Origin: Octopus vulgaris
Lineage: Eukaryota
Reading direction: 5' to 3'
Length of the DNA: 64,000 nucleotides
NCBI GenBank assembly: GCA_951406725.2
Contig: OX597818.1
Location: forward strand, 69,254,001 to 69,318,000
The translations under genes were made by a program, and so were the position numbers. The notes under the pieces were generated by a model. It was not told where the DNA came from and ran no database searches. It saw only the letters and a list, made by a program, of their open reading frames with translations. Of this stretch, positions 50,052 to 63,831 are shown one piece after another; the first letter of the stretch is position 1, and each line of letters starts with the position of its first letter.

Positions 50052-53000
50052 CTAAAGACCAATCCCATTTTCCACAAAATTCGGTTGTTGTTAGGAAATC
50101 GATAAATCTGGAGATTAACAGAAGTAAACAATGAGTGCATTATTGTTGTTGTTGTTTAATCCCATGTTAATCCTAAATCAAGGTAACTTACGATTAAAGA
50201 ACTCCGGCCATGACCATTCGATTTTCTCAAACATAATAAACTCTGGATTACATTAACTGATGTGTCTCTTTTTTCAGATGGTAAAGTGCGAGTTTATGGG
50301 GAACTGACTGCACTTTTTAGCACAATAAGAGACCACATTGAGGATCTGTCATTTGGCTCAATGGAAACAAGCCAAGACGTGGATAGCTCATGAAAGCTTG
50401 GCAAAATGAACATAAAATGATTTAAATGATTCAAATGATGATAATGGTGATAAAAGAGTATATTTATTATAGTAATATAGCATCATAAAGACATCTATTA
50501 GGGCACACACATATCAATGTGGCTATCAGAATATTTCAAGTTCCATTGATTTCACTATGGTGAATAGGAATAAACCACTGGAAGGCTAGAAGAGAAACGA
50601 TAAAAATGACAGCAGTCTTTTACTCAGATACAAATAGTTTGTTTTATTGAATTGGGGTCATAGATTTTTAGAATATTTGTTGATAACCTATAAGGGAAAG
50701 GACGTTTCTGTAGAACTAAGTCATCAAACAGGAATGACACAAACATGGTGAAACACTGTTTTCAAAGTCCTCTGACTTCAAAGGGTTGAGTGTGTTTTCA
50801 GAACACAACACCTGAAAGCTGAAAGAAGAATTCTCCTAAAACCAAAACCAAACCACTGAAGCATTTAACTTAAACAAATCTGGGAGAGCCTATTAAGAAT
50901 GAACTTGTGAGACCCATGGAAATTCCACAGAATGAAAAAGATTAAGAGAAACTATTTAAGAAAGAAAGAAAGATTTGCATTTTTAGTTTTATTTTGCTAA
51001 GTATTTCACTTCCAGTCACAATAATATTTTATATGATTTAAAAAATTTTCCTCTACTAAGCACGTTATGTTTCTCTTTTTCTCTCTACCTCTTCAGCAAG
51101 CTTTTTAACCCTGTAATTCCCATCCTCATGTCTTAAACAATTCTCTCTATCTCTTCACCTCTCACTTCCACAAACCATATGAGTGACAGCATAGTGCATC
51201 GACTGGCTATCAGCTCGTTCACTCAATCTCACATTTCTTCTTCCTCTTTCTCACTCCTCCTCCTCCTCCTCCTCCTCCTCCTCTATAACAAACTAAAGAG
51301 TAAAGTGTGAATGAACAGGTAGAAGAATAACATTATAGCTTTTATTCAATAAATAAATATACCTTTCCCAATTAACACACCACCACCACCACCACCACCT
51401 CCACCATCACTATAGTTTTCAGTAACAAAGCTCATTTCAGTTCAGTCCAGCTGTTTGCTTATATCTACTTCTTCTTGTTGTTGATGTGTCTTTACTCTGA
51501 CAATAAGAATGCTTTCTACCTTCCTGTCTCTCAATAAATCTGCCTCACCTGTACATCTCTGATAATCTGCCTTTCTTTAACCTTACCACCAGAACATCAC
51601 CCTCTGCTAAATATTGTATCCCAAACATATTTCTTTACCTTTTCTTCCTCATCCTACAATACATCGTTAACACTTCTCTCTCCCTCTTTTCTCTCACTTT
51701 CATTTTCTCTTGCTCTTTGACTCTCCCTTCAACTACCCATTTATCCTTATTGTACATCTTTCTCTACTTCTTCCTCATTTCTTTCTTCTCTACTCTTACT
51801 CCCCCTCTCTCACACTCATTTACTCCACTTCTTACTTACTCTACCTCCACCTCTCTAACTAACTATCCTGATTCTCACTGTTCTACAAACACATGATAGT
51901 TAATTAGAACTTTCACAGGCATCAGCAAATGATTTGTTTGCTAAATGTTGTAAACAAGAGCCAGTACTATTATTTAGTTTCATTGATCCAGGGAGGCATT
52001 AACTGAAGAGACACAAAAAAGTCGAAATACCAGTGTCTGAAAGTCTCCTTGTCTCAATGAACTGTATCATCAACGGATAGTGTCCAAAGGAGAAGGAGTT
52101 CTCCATATGCAAAATACAAAAAAATGCAACTAACATTATCATGTTGTAATCTACTGGAACATATTGTGAATGCATGTGTATATTATCATCTAATTTTATA
52201 TCAAGTGCGTGTGTGTGTGTGTGTGTACGTGTACATGTAGCCACATTCATATGCCAAGTGCTGGAATGCTTCATAACACATTTGGTGGAACGAGGCAACG
52301 ACAGATGTATCTACACGCTGGAAAGAGAATACAAATATTTCATTGATTAAATAAGTCCTCGCATCGTTATCACATGATATATTAAAGAATTCAGTAAAGA
52401 GAAAAAAAAACTAATAAGTACTCAATAAATGGTTGCAAGGGTGTCTTTCTTTCTTTTATTTTTCACCGTAAAAGGTTATAACTGGATGTGACAGGTAGAA
52501 GGAATATTCAGCTTTAAACAGCAAAATTCAAAGGAATATTTTGAAAACAGGATGATATGTAACATGATATGTCAAACTATGATGAATAATGATACAATAA
52601 GATGGCTGCTGGGGAGAGTTTATTAAAACAAATTGTGTTGAGGGATACCTAATATCTGGTGATGAATTTATATGAGAGAGATCATTATGCGTTTCAGAAA
52701 AAAAAATATTAGAATATGTATTGATTAAACAAATATCTGATTATACAGTTGATTTGATGAATAATTAATTAACTGGATTAATAAATAATTATGTAAATGG
52801 AATAAATGCATATTTGAGTAAGTAGTTTGTTGCCCACTGAAAAACTTTCTAAATGACTAATAATTGATTAATAAACAAATCAATGATCAATAATTATTAA
52901 TAATTGATACAAGCACAGATGTGGTTATGTGATTGAGAAGCTTACTTTCCAACCATGTAGTCTCAGGTTCAAACCCACCAGGTGTCACTATGGGCAAGTG

Positions 53001-53061
53001 TTTTCTACCAGAGCCACAAGCTATATATACATATGTGTGCATGTATGTAAATATGTGTATA

Positions 53062-53115
<54 letters not shown>

Positions 53116-53439
53116 TACATATATGTATGTATATATATATGTGTGTGCATGTATGTGTGTATATATATATATATATAGGCATTCAAAGCCAGTGAACAGC
53201 AATGACAACACCGGTTTGACTTTGAATCTCTTTAACAATTCAAAATAATGAATTTAATTCCTCTTAATTCTACCTCAGTTCATCAAATTGTATTTATTTG
53301 TATTCATTTATTGCTACTTAATTTTTGATATTCAATGTGCATTTTCGCTTTTTTTTCTTTTTACTTTCCTCATATCTTATGCACAGGTAGTTTCTATTTT
53401 CTTTTTGAAACATTTCTATTATACATACATACATACTTA

Positions 53440-53461
53440 AATATATATATATATATATATG

Positions 53462-53523
<62 letters not shown>

Positions 53524-53561
53524 TATATATATATATATGTAGGTGTGTGTATGTATATATA

Positions 53562-53593
<32 letters not shown>

Positions 53594-53690
53594 GCATGTA
53601 TATATACATATATATGTATGTATATATGTATATATTTATATATTATTTATATTATATATGTATATGATATTTATATATATATATATAAAA
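53440..53690. repeat. (TA)n-rich microsatellite
   Basis: Seen directly. Confidence 0.9.
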
Positions 53691-53699
53691 TCACTTGAG

Positions 53700-55760
53700 C
53701 TATCTTTGGAATATCTTTAAGAACTTAATACAAATAAAGCATCTCTCTAAGACTCTCACTTCTCTACAATGAGTATATCATCTCAGAATTAATCCACTGT
53801 TATAATGGCATAATGATTATCTAACTAGATATAGATCTAAAGCTAAGCCTCATAAACCGAATTCACATTTACAAATAGAAGTAAGTAGAAACATAACCTG
53901 GATTCGGCATCTCTTTGGCTTCTCTGTAGCTACACTGATCTCCAAAACATTGTCAAAATATTTTAGGAATTTTCCCCACTGCACATAACATAAACATTGA
54001 ATATTTAACAAAATAATAAATTTCTTCTAATTTTCCTAACTTTACAGAAATCTAGCTGATTCAAAACTGAATTAATTAATATAAATTCATCAATACAACA
54101 ATTGAATTCTAATTCCCTCAAAAACCTGTTCCTTCAAATTACATTATTGAGAAAACAGTTTACAACTTGACAGTTGGCTAACATCAAAAGCAGTTCTAAG
54201 ACAAATATTGGATTGACTTCTGACACTTTTAAATTTTGATATAATGTCCAAACCTACACCATTAGAAACCACAACAAATGCAACAACTGTGGCTAGCAAC
54301 ATCTGCAAAAGGATATATCAATCTGTACTTCACAATTTAATGTGGAAAACATTATTCAAAGCTAAATCTTAGAAATATGAGACAGTGAAAAGTTTTAGCG
54401 ATGCTATTTGTCAAAGATCAAATTTTTAACAATCATTCTGAGAGGACTCCAACTGTCAGGACCTACAGACTTTTGCACTCTGTCTAAACTGCATCAACAC
54501 TCAACACATAACTTCATCCTCTAATACTTCTCCACTTATCCAATAATTTGGTCGGATTCCAATAATAGATTATCTTCAGTATAACTTCTTCCGTATATAA
54601 TTTTAATTCATACTTGCCACTTTATTTTCTAAATTCTTTCCTCATATTAATTTCATTCTCTCTTATCTTCTGCTCCTTTTTTTTCCTCCAGTGCTTCCAT
54701 GGTTTCCCAACTAAATAAATATTTTATTTAATATCCCTAGATTGATCTATTACAGATCAGATGTTGGCTAATTTTAACATATTCGCACATGTATTGATGC
54801 TATTTTCTGATTAAACTAATTAATTCAGAAATATATTCCACAGCCTCATCTTCAGCTAATTAAATAAGATAAAATCCTTTAGTTTAAATTATTTAAGAAA
54901 TATTTTCTTGTAATATCATCATAAATCCATTCTCTTATAGATTTATAAAATAATGTACCACCCTATTTCTCAATATCTTCTTCATCATATTTTCTTTTAT
55001 AATATCTTACTTTAATTCCTGAACTAAGAACCATTTAGAGCATCTTTCAATTCCGTGTACTTTATTCAATTACAGTAGAGAATAAACATTCAGCTAAGAA
55101 TTCCTCAATCATTGTAATGTTGCTTCCATATTCTTTATTTAAATTAACCAACGAACTTGCATTGCCTTTTTTTAACATAAACTATTTAATCATATTTACA
55201 AATTTAAGTTAATAAATACTTCCTCACTATTAATCCAATATAGAAGCGTTCTTTACATAATTAGCTGAGATATCTTTTAATGCTACTTAAATGAGTTATG
55301 TCTTACTCATTAAAGATTTAATGAAATACAGCTTCACAAACTTCTTTGTTGAATAATTAAAACTGTTTACAAATCTATTTTAAATATCTAAAGTGCACTA
55401 ATTCTCCATTACTATTTACCTTACTGGGTAAAGATTATTTTTCCATTCTTCATCTCCATGAATATTTTTCACGTATCACATGCAAACTTTTTATTCGAAT
55501 TTTCTTCCTACATTCCACTCGCAGTGTCACTATATGTTCTGAAGTTATCTGTAATTAGCTCTTTCAGCTAATTAAAGAGTACATCCCAAATTAAACTCTT
55601 CCATTTAGCCATGTCTGGTGATTATCAATTTATCTTCCTTCACTTAAAAAGTTCTTCAACATGAAACTATTTGGTAAGCTGCACAAATGCTTATCCAATG
55701 AACCTTTGAATACTACACCTGTTTTCTGCTAATTATTTTTTTCTGTCACTTGGTCTATAT
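53700..55760 (-). pseudogene. Ancient LINE ORF2 relic (CR1/L2/Jockey-like)
   Basis: Minus strand reads KSVGPDS (KSPGPDG), KYRLI (NYRPI), LRTAFDV (KAFD) and F*DDILI (FADD), in the correct order. Confidence 0.6.
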
Positions 55761-56149
55761 TCCAGACTCTAACCAACCATAAGTTTGATGCCACCAAGTT
55801 GTACATACTGGGTGCTGGAATGGATTGTGGAGCCCGTACTGAGACCAATTTTGGTTGAATGTCACACTTTACCATGCCTCCGCTTTCTCACATATGCTCA
55901 AGCACACACACACACGCACACATGTACAGAACATATTTCCTTGTGGTTCCATGTAATGGGAGAGAATGCAAATTCTTATTCCATACCCTACAAATGACCA
56001 AGATATCTGGCACTATAAAAATCTGCAAGACCTTCTTATGATCAAAAGGAGGATGAATAAGACAAGTTGCTTTCCTTCCTAACCTTGTTACCAAGTGGAA
56101 GGGAGGGGGGAGGCAGTCAGAATTTATTCTAAATTAAAAAGAAAACGGG

Positions 56150-56618
56150 TACATACAAACATACATACATATAAACATACATACATACATACATATAAAC
56201 ATACATACATACATATAAACATACATACATACATACAAACATACATACAAACATACATACATACAAACATACATACATACATACAAACATACATACATAC
56301 ATATAAACATACATACATACATACAAACATACATACATACATACAAACATACATACATACATATAAACATACATACATACATACAAACATACATACATAC
56401 ATATAAACATACATACATACAAACATACATACATACATGCATGCATGCATACATACATGCATACATACATACATACATACATACATACTTATGTATGTAC
56501 ACACACACACAATTATATATAGAGATATACATAGACACAAACACACACACATACAATTATATATATATAGAGATAGACATACATAGACGCAAATACACAC
56601 ACATGCACACACTCACAT

Positions 56619-56668
<50 letters not shown>

Positions 56669-56670
56669 CC
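56150..56670. repeat. (CATA)n tetranucleotide and (CA)n microsatellite
   Basis: Seen directly, with recurring caaa/tataaa variants. Confidence 0.95.
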
Positions 56671-57154
56671 TTAGCACACTGATATAACAAACTCACAGCT
56701 TTGCAACTGTTTAAATCCTCAGTGCATGAATACTTACTAAATTGACACATGAGCTCACAACATGTAAACACACACACACACACACAAACTCACATGCACA
56801 GTCACACGCACATATACAAGGAAGACATGTATGTGCATGCATATATGTAGACTTGTATACATGTGAACATTAAGCCATGCTTGCATGCACGAAAACATTG
56901 GAAACAATAAGCCAGAGAAGGATTCTGTAAAAATGTTATTTTAACTTAATTTTTAAAGAAAAACCTAAAAAAAAGAGGAAAAAGCATAATATTGAGAATA
57001 AATATTCCAAGTGAGATTACAATAGGAAATTATTGTATGGTAAGAATCAGATTGAATGATGTCGTGAGGGAACTTATTACTGCGACAATATTCAGAGAAT
57101 GAAAGAACTGCGACAGTAACAGATGCATGAACAACAGGCACTGAGATAAGATAT

Positions 57155-57807
57155 TAATAATGATAATAATAATAATAATAATAATAAGTAGAAGAAGGAG
57201 AAGAAGAAGAAGAAGAAGAACAACAACAACAATAGTAGTAGTAATAATAATAATAACAATAATAATAATAATAATGAGAAGAAGAAGAAGAAGAACAACA
57301 ACAACAACAATAGTAGTAGTAATAATAATAATAACAATAATAATAATAATAATGAGAAGAAGAAGAAGAAGAACAACAACAACAACAATAGTAGTAGTAA
57401 TAATAATAATAACAATAATAATAATAATAATGAGAAGAAGAAGAAGAACAACAACAACAACAATAGTAGTAGTAATAATAATAATAACAATAATAATAAT
57501 AATAATGAGAAGAAGAAGAAGAACAACAACAACAACAACAATAGTAGTAGTAATAATAATAATAACAATAATAATAATAATAATGAGAAGAAGAAGAAGA
57601 AGAACAACAACAACAACAACAATAGTAGTAGTAATAATAATAATAACAATAATAATAATAATAATGAGAAGAAGAAGAAGAAGAACAACAACAACAACAA
57701 TAGTAGTAGTTGTAATAATAATAATAATAATAACAATAATAATAATAATAAGAAGAAGAAGAAGAAGAAGAAGAACAACAACAACAACAACAACAACAAT
57801 AGTAGTA

Positions 57808-57847
<40 letters not shown>

Positions 57848-57864
57848 TAATTATAATAATAATA
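57155..57864. repeat. Higher-order compound microsatellite: 8 units of about 75-80 bp, (AGA)n(ACA)n(GTA)n(ATA)n
   Basis: Eight R-run/T-run/V-run/I-run blocks in ORF 57160-57978. Confidence 0.95.
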
Positions 57865-58832
57865 ACAACGAAAAAAGCGCACGAGCAATTGGCTGATAGG
57901 TGGGAGGAGAAACCTCTGCACAGCAAATATGTGGCCCGCAGCAAACAAGCTGATGTTGACCAGAAGCAAACCCATTAGTGGCTACGGAGCTCAGGGCTAA
58001 AAGCAGAGCGAAGGTTTCATCCTGGCTGCTCAAGATCAAAGCCTATTAACCCGGAACTACCAGGCCAATGTGATGAAAAATGGAGCAGACCCAAAATGCC
58101 GATTTTGCAACGACATGATTGAAACAGTGGACCACCTAATCTCTGGATGTAAAATCTTAGCACCAGTGGAGTATAAATTAAGACATGACAGAGTTGGCCA
58201 ATATCTACACTGGCTAATAAGTCAGCATTACAATATCAAAACTGCCGACAAGTGGTATAACCACCACCCTGAGGCTGTAACTGAAGGAGAAAATGTAACC
58301 ATTCTGTGGGACTTTCCAGTACATACAGACCGAACCATCAAGGCCAATAAACCAGATATTGTTGTGAAAGACCAAAACAATAAAGTTTGCTTATTGATCG
58401 ACATGAACATCCCCTGTGATCATAATATTTCAGCGAAAGAGTTTGACAAGCTCAGAAAATATAAAGACCTACTCATTGAAATTGAGAAAATGTGGCATCT
58501 CAAGGCGGTTACAATACCAGTGATCGTAGGAGCACTAGGAATGATCAAGAAGGGAACCGAAAATTATATGAGAATGATCCCTGGCTTACCATCCCTGCAA
58601 GAAGTGCAAAAGATTGTCTTAACTGGTACATCACACGTATTGAGAAGAGCATTGTTGATGTGAGAACTGTTGCTGCTCATGCATTTTGATTTAACTTAAA
58701 AAAAAAAAAAATGAACGAACTATTGAGTTTGGTTTAATGGCCTACCAATGTATACTATGAGTTTCTTTGCCCTAGGAGTCGGGAAGACACTCGGCAAGAA
58801 ATGGAAGCAAATCTGAAAGAAGAAAAAAAAAA
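57865..58832 (+). mobile_element. 5'-truncated R4/Dong element (second subfamily), CCHC and RLE part
   Basis: WEEKPLHSKY, WLRSSGLKAE, AAQDQSL, CRFC..H..C, RHD, KPDIVVKD..LIDM..KY.DL and IPVIVGALG. There is one stop and one frameshift near 57978-58010. Confidence 0.93.
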
Positions 58833-58964
58833 AGTAATAATAATAATAATAATAATAAGAAGAAGAAGAAGAAGAAGAACAACAACAACAACAATAGTAG
58901 TTGTAATAATAATAATAATAATAAGTAACAGCAACAACAATGATAATGATAATGATAACAAAAA

Positions 58965-59480
58965 TGAAAATGGGTATACCATCTTGAGAAACGATACTCT
59001 GAGCATCAAGATCAGGACCTGTATATTGAACTGCTATGTCTACCTTGTGTTAATGTATGGAAGTGAGGTATGGTCTATAACATCAGACACGTGGAGGGAG
59101 GTGATTGGAGAGCTGTGGAATGTGGTTCTGAAGGAGAATATTGAGGCTAGAATGGAGAGAGAAAGTGTCTAATGAAGAAGTGACGACCCCTGGATTGTGG
59201 AAAACAGGAAACTGCTTTGTGAGATAAGGGCCAAGCAACAGAGATTTCTTGGTCATGTGATGAGGAAAGCGGTCCTGGGGTATTTAGCAATGACCAGAAA
59301 GGTTGAAGGGAAAATAAGCAGAGGAAAGAGAACGATGATGTGGAGGTCAAGCTTGAGGAATTGGTTGGAAGAAAAGAGGCATTAAACGTCAGGAAGTGGA
59401 ACTGTTTGAGAAAACAAAGAACAGGGAATTGTGGCAGGACATGATAGTCTTACGTTCTGGACATGGCATGTTGAAAAACA
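58965..59480 (+). pseudogene. RTE LINE 3' fragment
   Basis: LNCYVYLVLMYGSEVW, VSNEEV, RFLGHVMRK and KVEGKISRGK. Confidence 0.85.
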
Positions 59481-59517
59481 AAAACTAATAATGATGATGA
59501 TGGTGGTGGTGGTGGTG

Positions 59518-59746
59518 GTGGTGAGCTGGCAGAAACGTTAGCAGCTGGGCAAAATGCTTAGTGGTATTTCGTCTGTCTTTATGTTCTAAGCTCAAATTCC
59601 GCCGAGGTCGACTTTGCCTTTCATCCTTTCGGGGTCGATAAAATAAGTACCAGTTATGCACTGGGGTCGATGTAATCGACTTAATCCGTTTGTCTGTCCT
59701 CGTTTATCCTCTCTGTGTTTAGCCCTTTGTGGGCAATAAAGACAGA
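59518..59746 (+). mobile_element. Nin/Deu-domain tRNA SINE, well-preserved copy
   Basis: Core ccgaggtcgactttgcctttcatcctttcggggtcgataaaataagtaccag. Other copies lie at about 8310-8510, 13272-13436, 15905-16075, 18975-19190, 24285-24505, 38013-38230, 43133-43312, 59850-60045 and 60065-60265. Confidence 0.88.
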
Positions 59747-60561
59747 TAATGATGAAGGTAATAATAGTAATAATAATAATGATAATGGTAGTAATAATAA
59801 TATTAACAAAATTAACACTATTAATAAATATAACAAGATTAATATTGATTTCAAATTATAACACAAGGCCAGCAATTTGGGAGGAAATATTGACCCAATA
59901 TTTTATTGGTCCTTATTGTATCAACCCTGAAAAGATGAGAGGCAAAGTCAACCTCGACAGAATTTGAACTCAGAACACAAAGACAGGCAAAATGCAATGA
60001 AGCATCTCACCCAGTGTGCTAACGAGTCTGCCAGCTTTCCACCTTATAACTAGATTAATATTAATAATCCTTTCTAATCTTTCTACTAAGGGCACAAAGC
60101 CTGATATGTGGGGGTAGAGGGATAGGCAATTACATTGACCCCAGTATTTTACTGGTACTTAATTTATCAACCATGAAAGGATGAGAGGCAAAGCCAACCT
60201 TGGTGGAGTCTGAACTCAGAACATGAAGACGGCTGACGAAACGCTGCTCAGCATTTCGTCCGGCACTTTTGATTGTATTAAGATAGTAAAGACTTCAACA
60301 ATAACATCAGCAACAATATCTACAACCATAATAACGGCAACAACAACAACAATGTATTAATAATATTAAGAAGAAGAAGAAGAAGACTACCCTACCTAAT
60401 CATAATCCAAAAGTTTTGATTATATAGGATAAAAATGTAATGTGAATCTACAAGGATTATATTTAGAATTGCTTGAATGGAATTGAAAAGGCCTAAAATT
60501 AAGATTACAGAAGAACGGTAAAGAGCAAGAGAAAGAGAGAGAGAGAGAACGGTGAGTGTAC

Positions 60562-60682
<121 letters not shown>

Positions 60683-61212
60683 CAAGGATAGAGAGATGAA
60701 GAGAGAGAGAAAGAGAAGAACAGGAGGGGAAGGAGAAAGGAGAAGGAGAAGAAAAGACTTTCTTTCTCTCTCCAAGACATAAATATGACATTTTCAGTGA
60801 TCATCGTTCAAACTTGTAGTCTTACATTTTTGTAAATTGACTTTATTGAATATCAACGATCGATTTAGGGTCTTTTCATATGTTTTAATATCAAAAGGAT
60901 TTGCTGTGTGAGTCTCGTTGTTGTTGTTGTTGTTGTTATTGTAGTTGATGTTGTTTGCTTTTCTTTTGCTTTTTTTCTTTATTTCTTTCTCTCTTTGTTC
61001 CTTTTCTCTTTGTTTCTTTCTTTTGTACTTTTTTGTTTTCGTTTTTAATTCTTCTCTGTGAAATGCTTAATAAATAGTTAAGATCTTGAGTTGTAAAGCG
61101 ATCTATTCAAAGCAATTTCTAAATAATTATATCAAAATAGAATGATATTAGATTATATATGCAGATATATATAAATGTTCATTTGTGTACATGTTTTTAT
61201 ATAGATATATGC

Positions 61213-61259
<47 letters not shown>

Positions 61260-61664
61260 CACACACACACATGTACACATGCACTCACACACATATATTT
61301 ATATAAGAAATTAAAAAGAGGGCAAAAGAGAGGAGAGAGAAAATATTGAATAAAAATCAGGAGAATATTTACAGCAGATAATAATGAGAGAGAGGTGGAG
61401 TGAGGGTGAGTGAGAGAGAGGGATAGGAAGAGGAAGTACGTTGCGAAACCAAATTTTCTGGTTCCTCGTAACGTATGCTGTGTGTCGTTCTCGATGCAGT
61501 GCGTCTGAGAAAGAGATAAAGAGAGTTTACAAGGTAGAGAAAGAGAAGAAGCAGGTGAAAAAAAAACAAAAACTGATTTCTTGGAAATGGTTTGAAAGAA
61601 TAGGAAAAGGAGAACGAAATTTGGTAAAGTTTAGCACAGAAAATATTCAGATTTATGTCAAAAA

Positions 61665-61695
61665 CAATAATAATAATAATAATAATATTAATAAT

Positions 61696-61741
<46 letters not shown>

Positions 61742-61790
61742 GTAATAATATTAATAATAATAATAATAATATTAATAATAATAATAATAA

Positions 61791-61821
<31 letters not shown>

Positions 61822-61827
61822 AATAAT

Positions 61828-61882
<55 letters not shown>

Positions 61883-61895
61883 TTAATAATAATAA

Positions 61896-61926
<31 letters not shown>

Positions 61927-61940
61927 ATTAATAATAATAA

Positions 61941-61981
<41 letters not shown>

Positions 61982-61994
61982 TTAATAATAATAA

Positions 61995-62089
<95 letters not shown>

Positions 62090-62090
62090 T
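61665..62090. repeat. (AAT)n array with recurring ATT/AAA variants
   Basis: Seen directly. Confidence 0.95.
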
Positions 62091-62199
62091 ATCACCAGTG
62101 GGGTGGGTGAGTGGATGCTGTCACTGCTGCTGCTGTTGCTGCTGCTGCTGATTGAGAAGATGTAAAATAAGCAAGAAAAATATGCCTAAAAGAGAGAGG

Positions 62200-62760
62200 T
62201 GGGGGAAAGAGGGAACACAACCAAATTTAGTTGTTTAAATATAGAAAATAAAATATTTCGTAAAACAGCCAGGGAAGTTGATATACTTCACACAGATATT
62301 AGAGAAAGTGAGACTGGGGTACCCTGTGGAAAATGGAGGCAAGTTAACTCACCTGTCATATATGGACGACTTAAAATCTTTGGGAAAAGTGAACATAAAA
62401 TAAATTGTCTGATCTCAACAGAGCAGAAATTTAGTAAGGATATCAGGATGGAGTTACGTGAGTGGGTAACAAAGAACTGGAAAAGATGGAAATGTAGAAG
62501 CTACTAGAAGACAAAATTGCATGAATGTGTGTAATGAAGGGATTAAGATCCATTCCAGTAGTTGTAGGTGGGGTCGGGTACTGGCAGCACTAACAACCTG
62601 GTTTGAAAAATATGTTGGAGAAACTGAAATTCACATGAGAGAAGAACATGCTCAGAAGACCAGTTTTGGTGGGAGAAGAAGAATTTTGAGATTGGTATCA
62701 TGGAAAGAGGTTCCATGAGAATTTTGACAACGGCTTGTTGTCTGTTGTAAGAGAATTAGC
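62200..62760 (+). pseudogene. Old, internally deleted R4/Dong fragment
   Basis: LTHLSYMDDLK and KFSKDIRME, then IPVVVG and QKTSFGGRRRILR. Confidence 0.7.
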
Positions 62761-62787
62761 CAGAGCAAGTAAAAGCAAGATCTCTGG

Positions 62788-63372
62788 GAAATAAACTGGA
62801 AAGAAATGATGACATAAAAATGTAAGTAGGACCAACTGGCGCTAACAGTGGAGTTCCTGGTTTTAATGAAACTTCCTTAAATGTACACTTGTTCAAAATG
62901 CTTTAAACATACATATATATATATACATACTAATACACATGACACAAAACACACACAAACACACTGACACTGATATACACAATCTAAAACATATTGATAT
63001 AGAAATATGGAATGGCATTAGTAGTGATATCTTATGTCTGAGGAACATCTCCAGAGAGTCTTTAAAAACAAAGGGCTTCACCTTCATATTTTGATGTATA
63101 TTTGTGTAAGATTGTGTATGTCAGTGTCAGTGTGTGTGTGTGTATGAGTTAGTGTGTATATGTGTGTATGGGTTAGTGTGTATATGTGTGTATGTTAGAT
63201 TAAATGTGTGTATTATTTTGTGTAATGTGTCTATATGTGTGTTCAAAGCATTTTGCATTAGTGTACATTTAAAGCAGTTTCATTGAAACCAGGAGCTGCA
63301 CTAATGACACCAGTTGGTCATACTTACAAGCTTACATTTTTGTAGTATTGTTATTTCTTGCCATTTTACTTC
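62788..63372. repeat. Fold-back/MITE-like element with inverted arms of about 220-290 bp
   Basis: About 62788-63010 matches the reverse complement of about 63085-63372, for example gaccaactgg/ccagttggtc, ctggttttaatgaaac/gtttcattgaaaccag and aaatgtacact/agtgtacattt. Confidence 0.85.
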
Positions 63373-63831
63373 TGTCAGTTACAACGATGAGGGATCCAGT
63401 TTATCCAATCAGCAGAACAGACTACTCATGAAATTAATGTGCAAGTGGTTGAGTACCCCACAGACATACAGTCCCTTAATGTGGTTCTGAGTGAGATTGA
63501 GCATGACACAAAATGTGACAAGGTCGGCCCTTTGAATTACAAGTACAAATCTTTATTTTATTTTTTTCTTACAAGCTGAGTCGACTGGAGCAATGTAAAA
63601 TAAAGTGTCTTGTTCAAGAACTCACTGCATTGCTGAGAATCGAACTCATGACCTCACAATTGTGAGCTAAATACCCTTACCATATTAGTATAAACACTAT
63701 AAATATCAGACATCCTGCGATTTTAATCTGAAACTATTTCAGGTGTGTATTTATTTGTAACCTGGCTAACTTTTGCATGAATTAGTAAATTTCTGTATCA
63801 GAACAAAAATGTTTGCCTTAGCTCAGGATAC

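Noticed and set aside
51996-52035. CTGAAGA-gac..gtc-GAAA hammerhead-like motif
   Set aside because: Stem II is present but there is no convincing stem I or NUH triplet. It may be chance or too decayed.
57030-57978. ORFs of 235-304 aa with R/T/V/I or C/S/Y runs
   Set aside because: Compound microsatellite translations. Only the last about 35 codons are Dong sequence.
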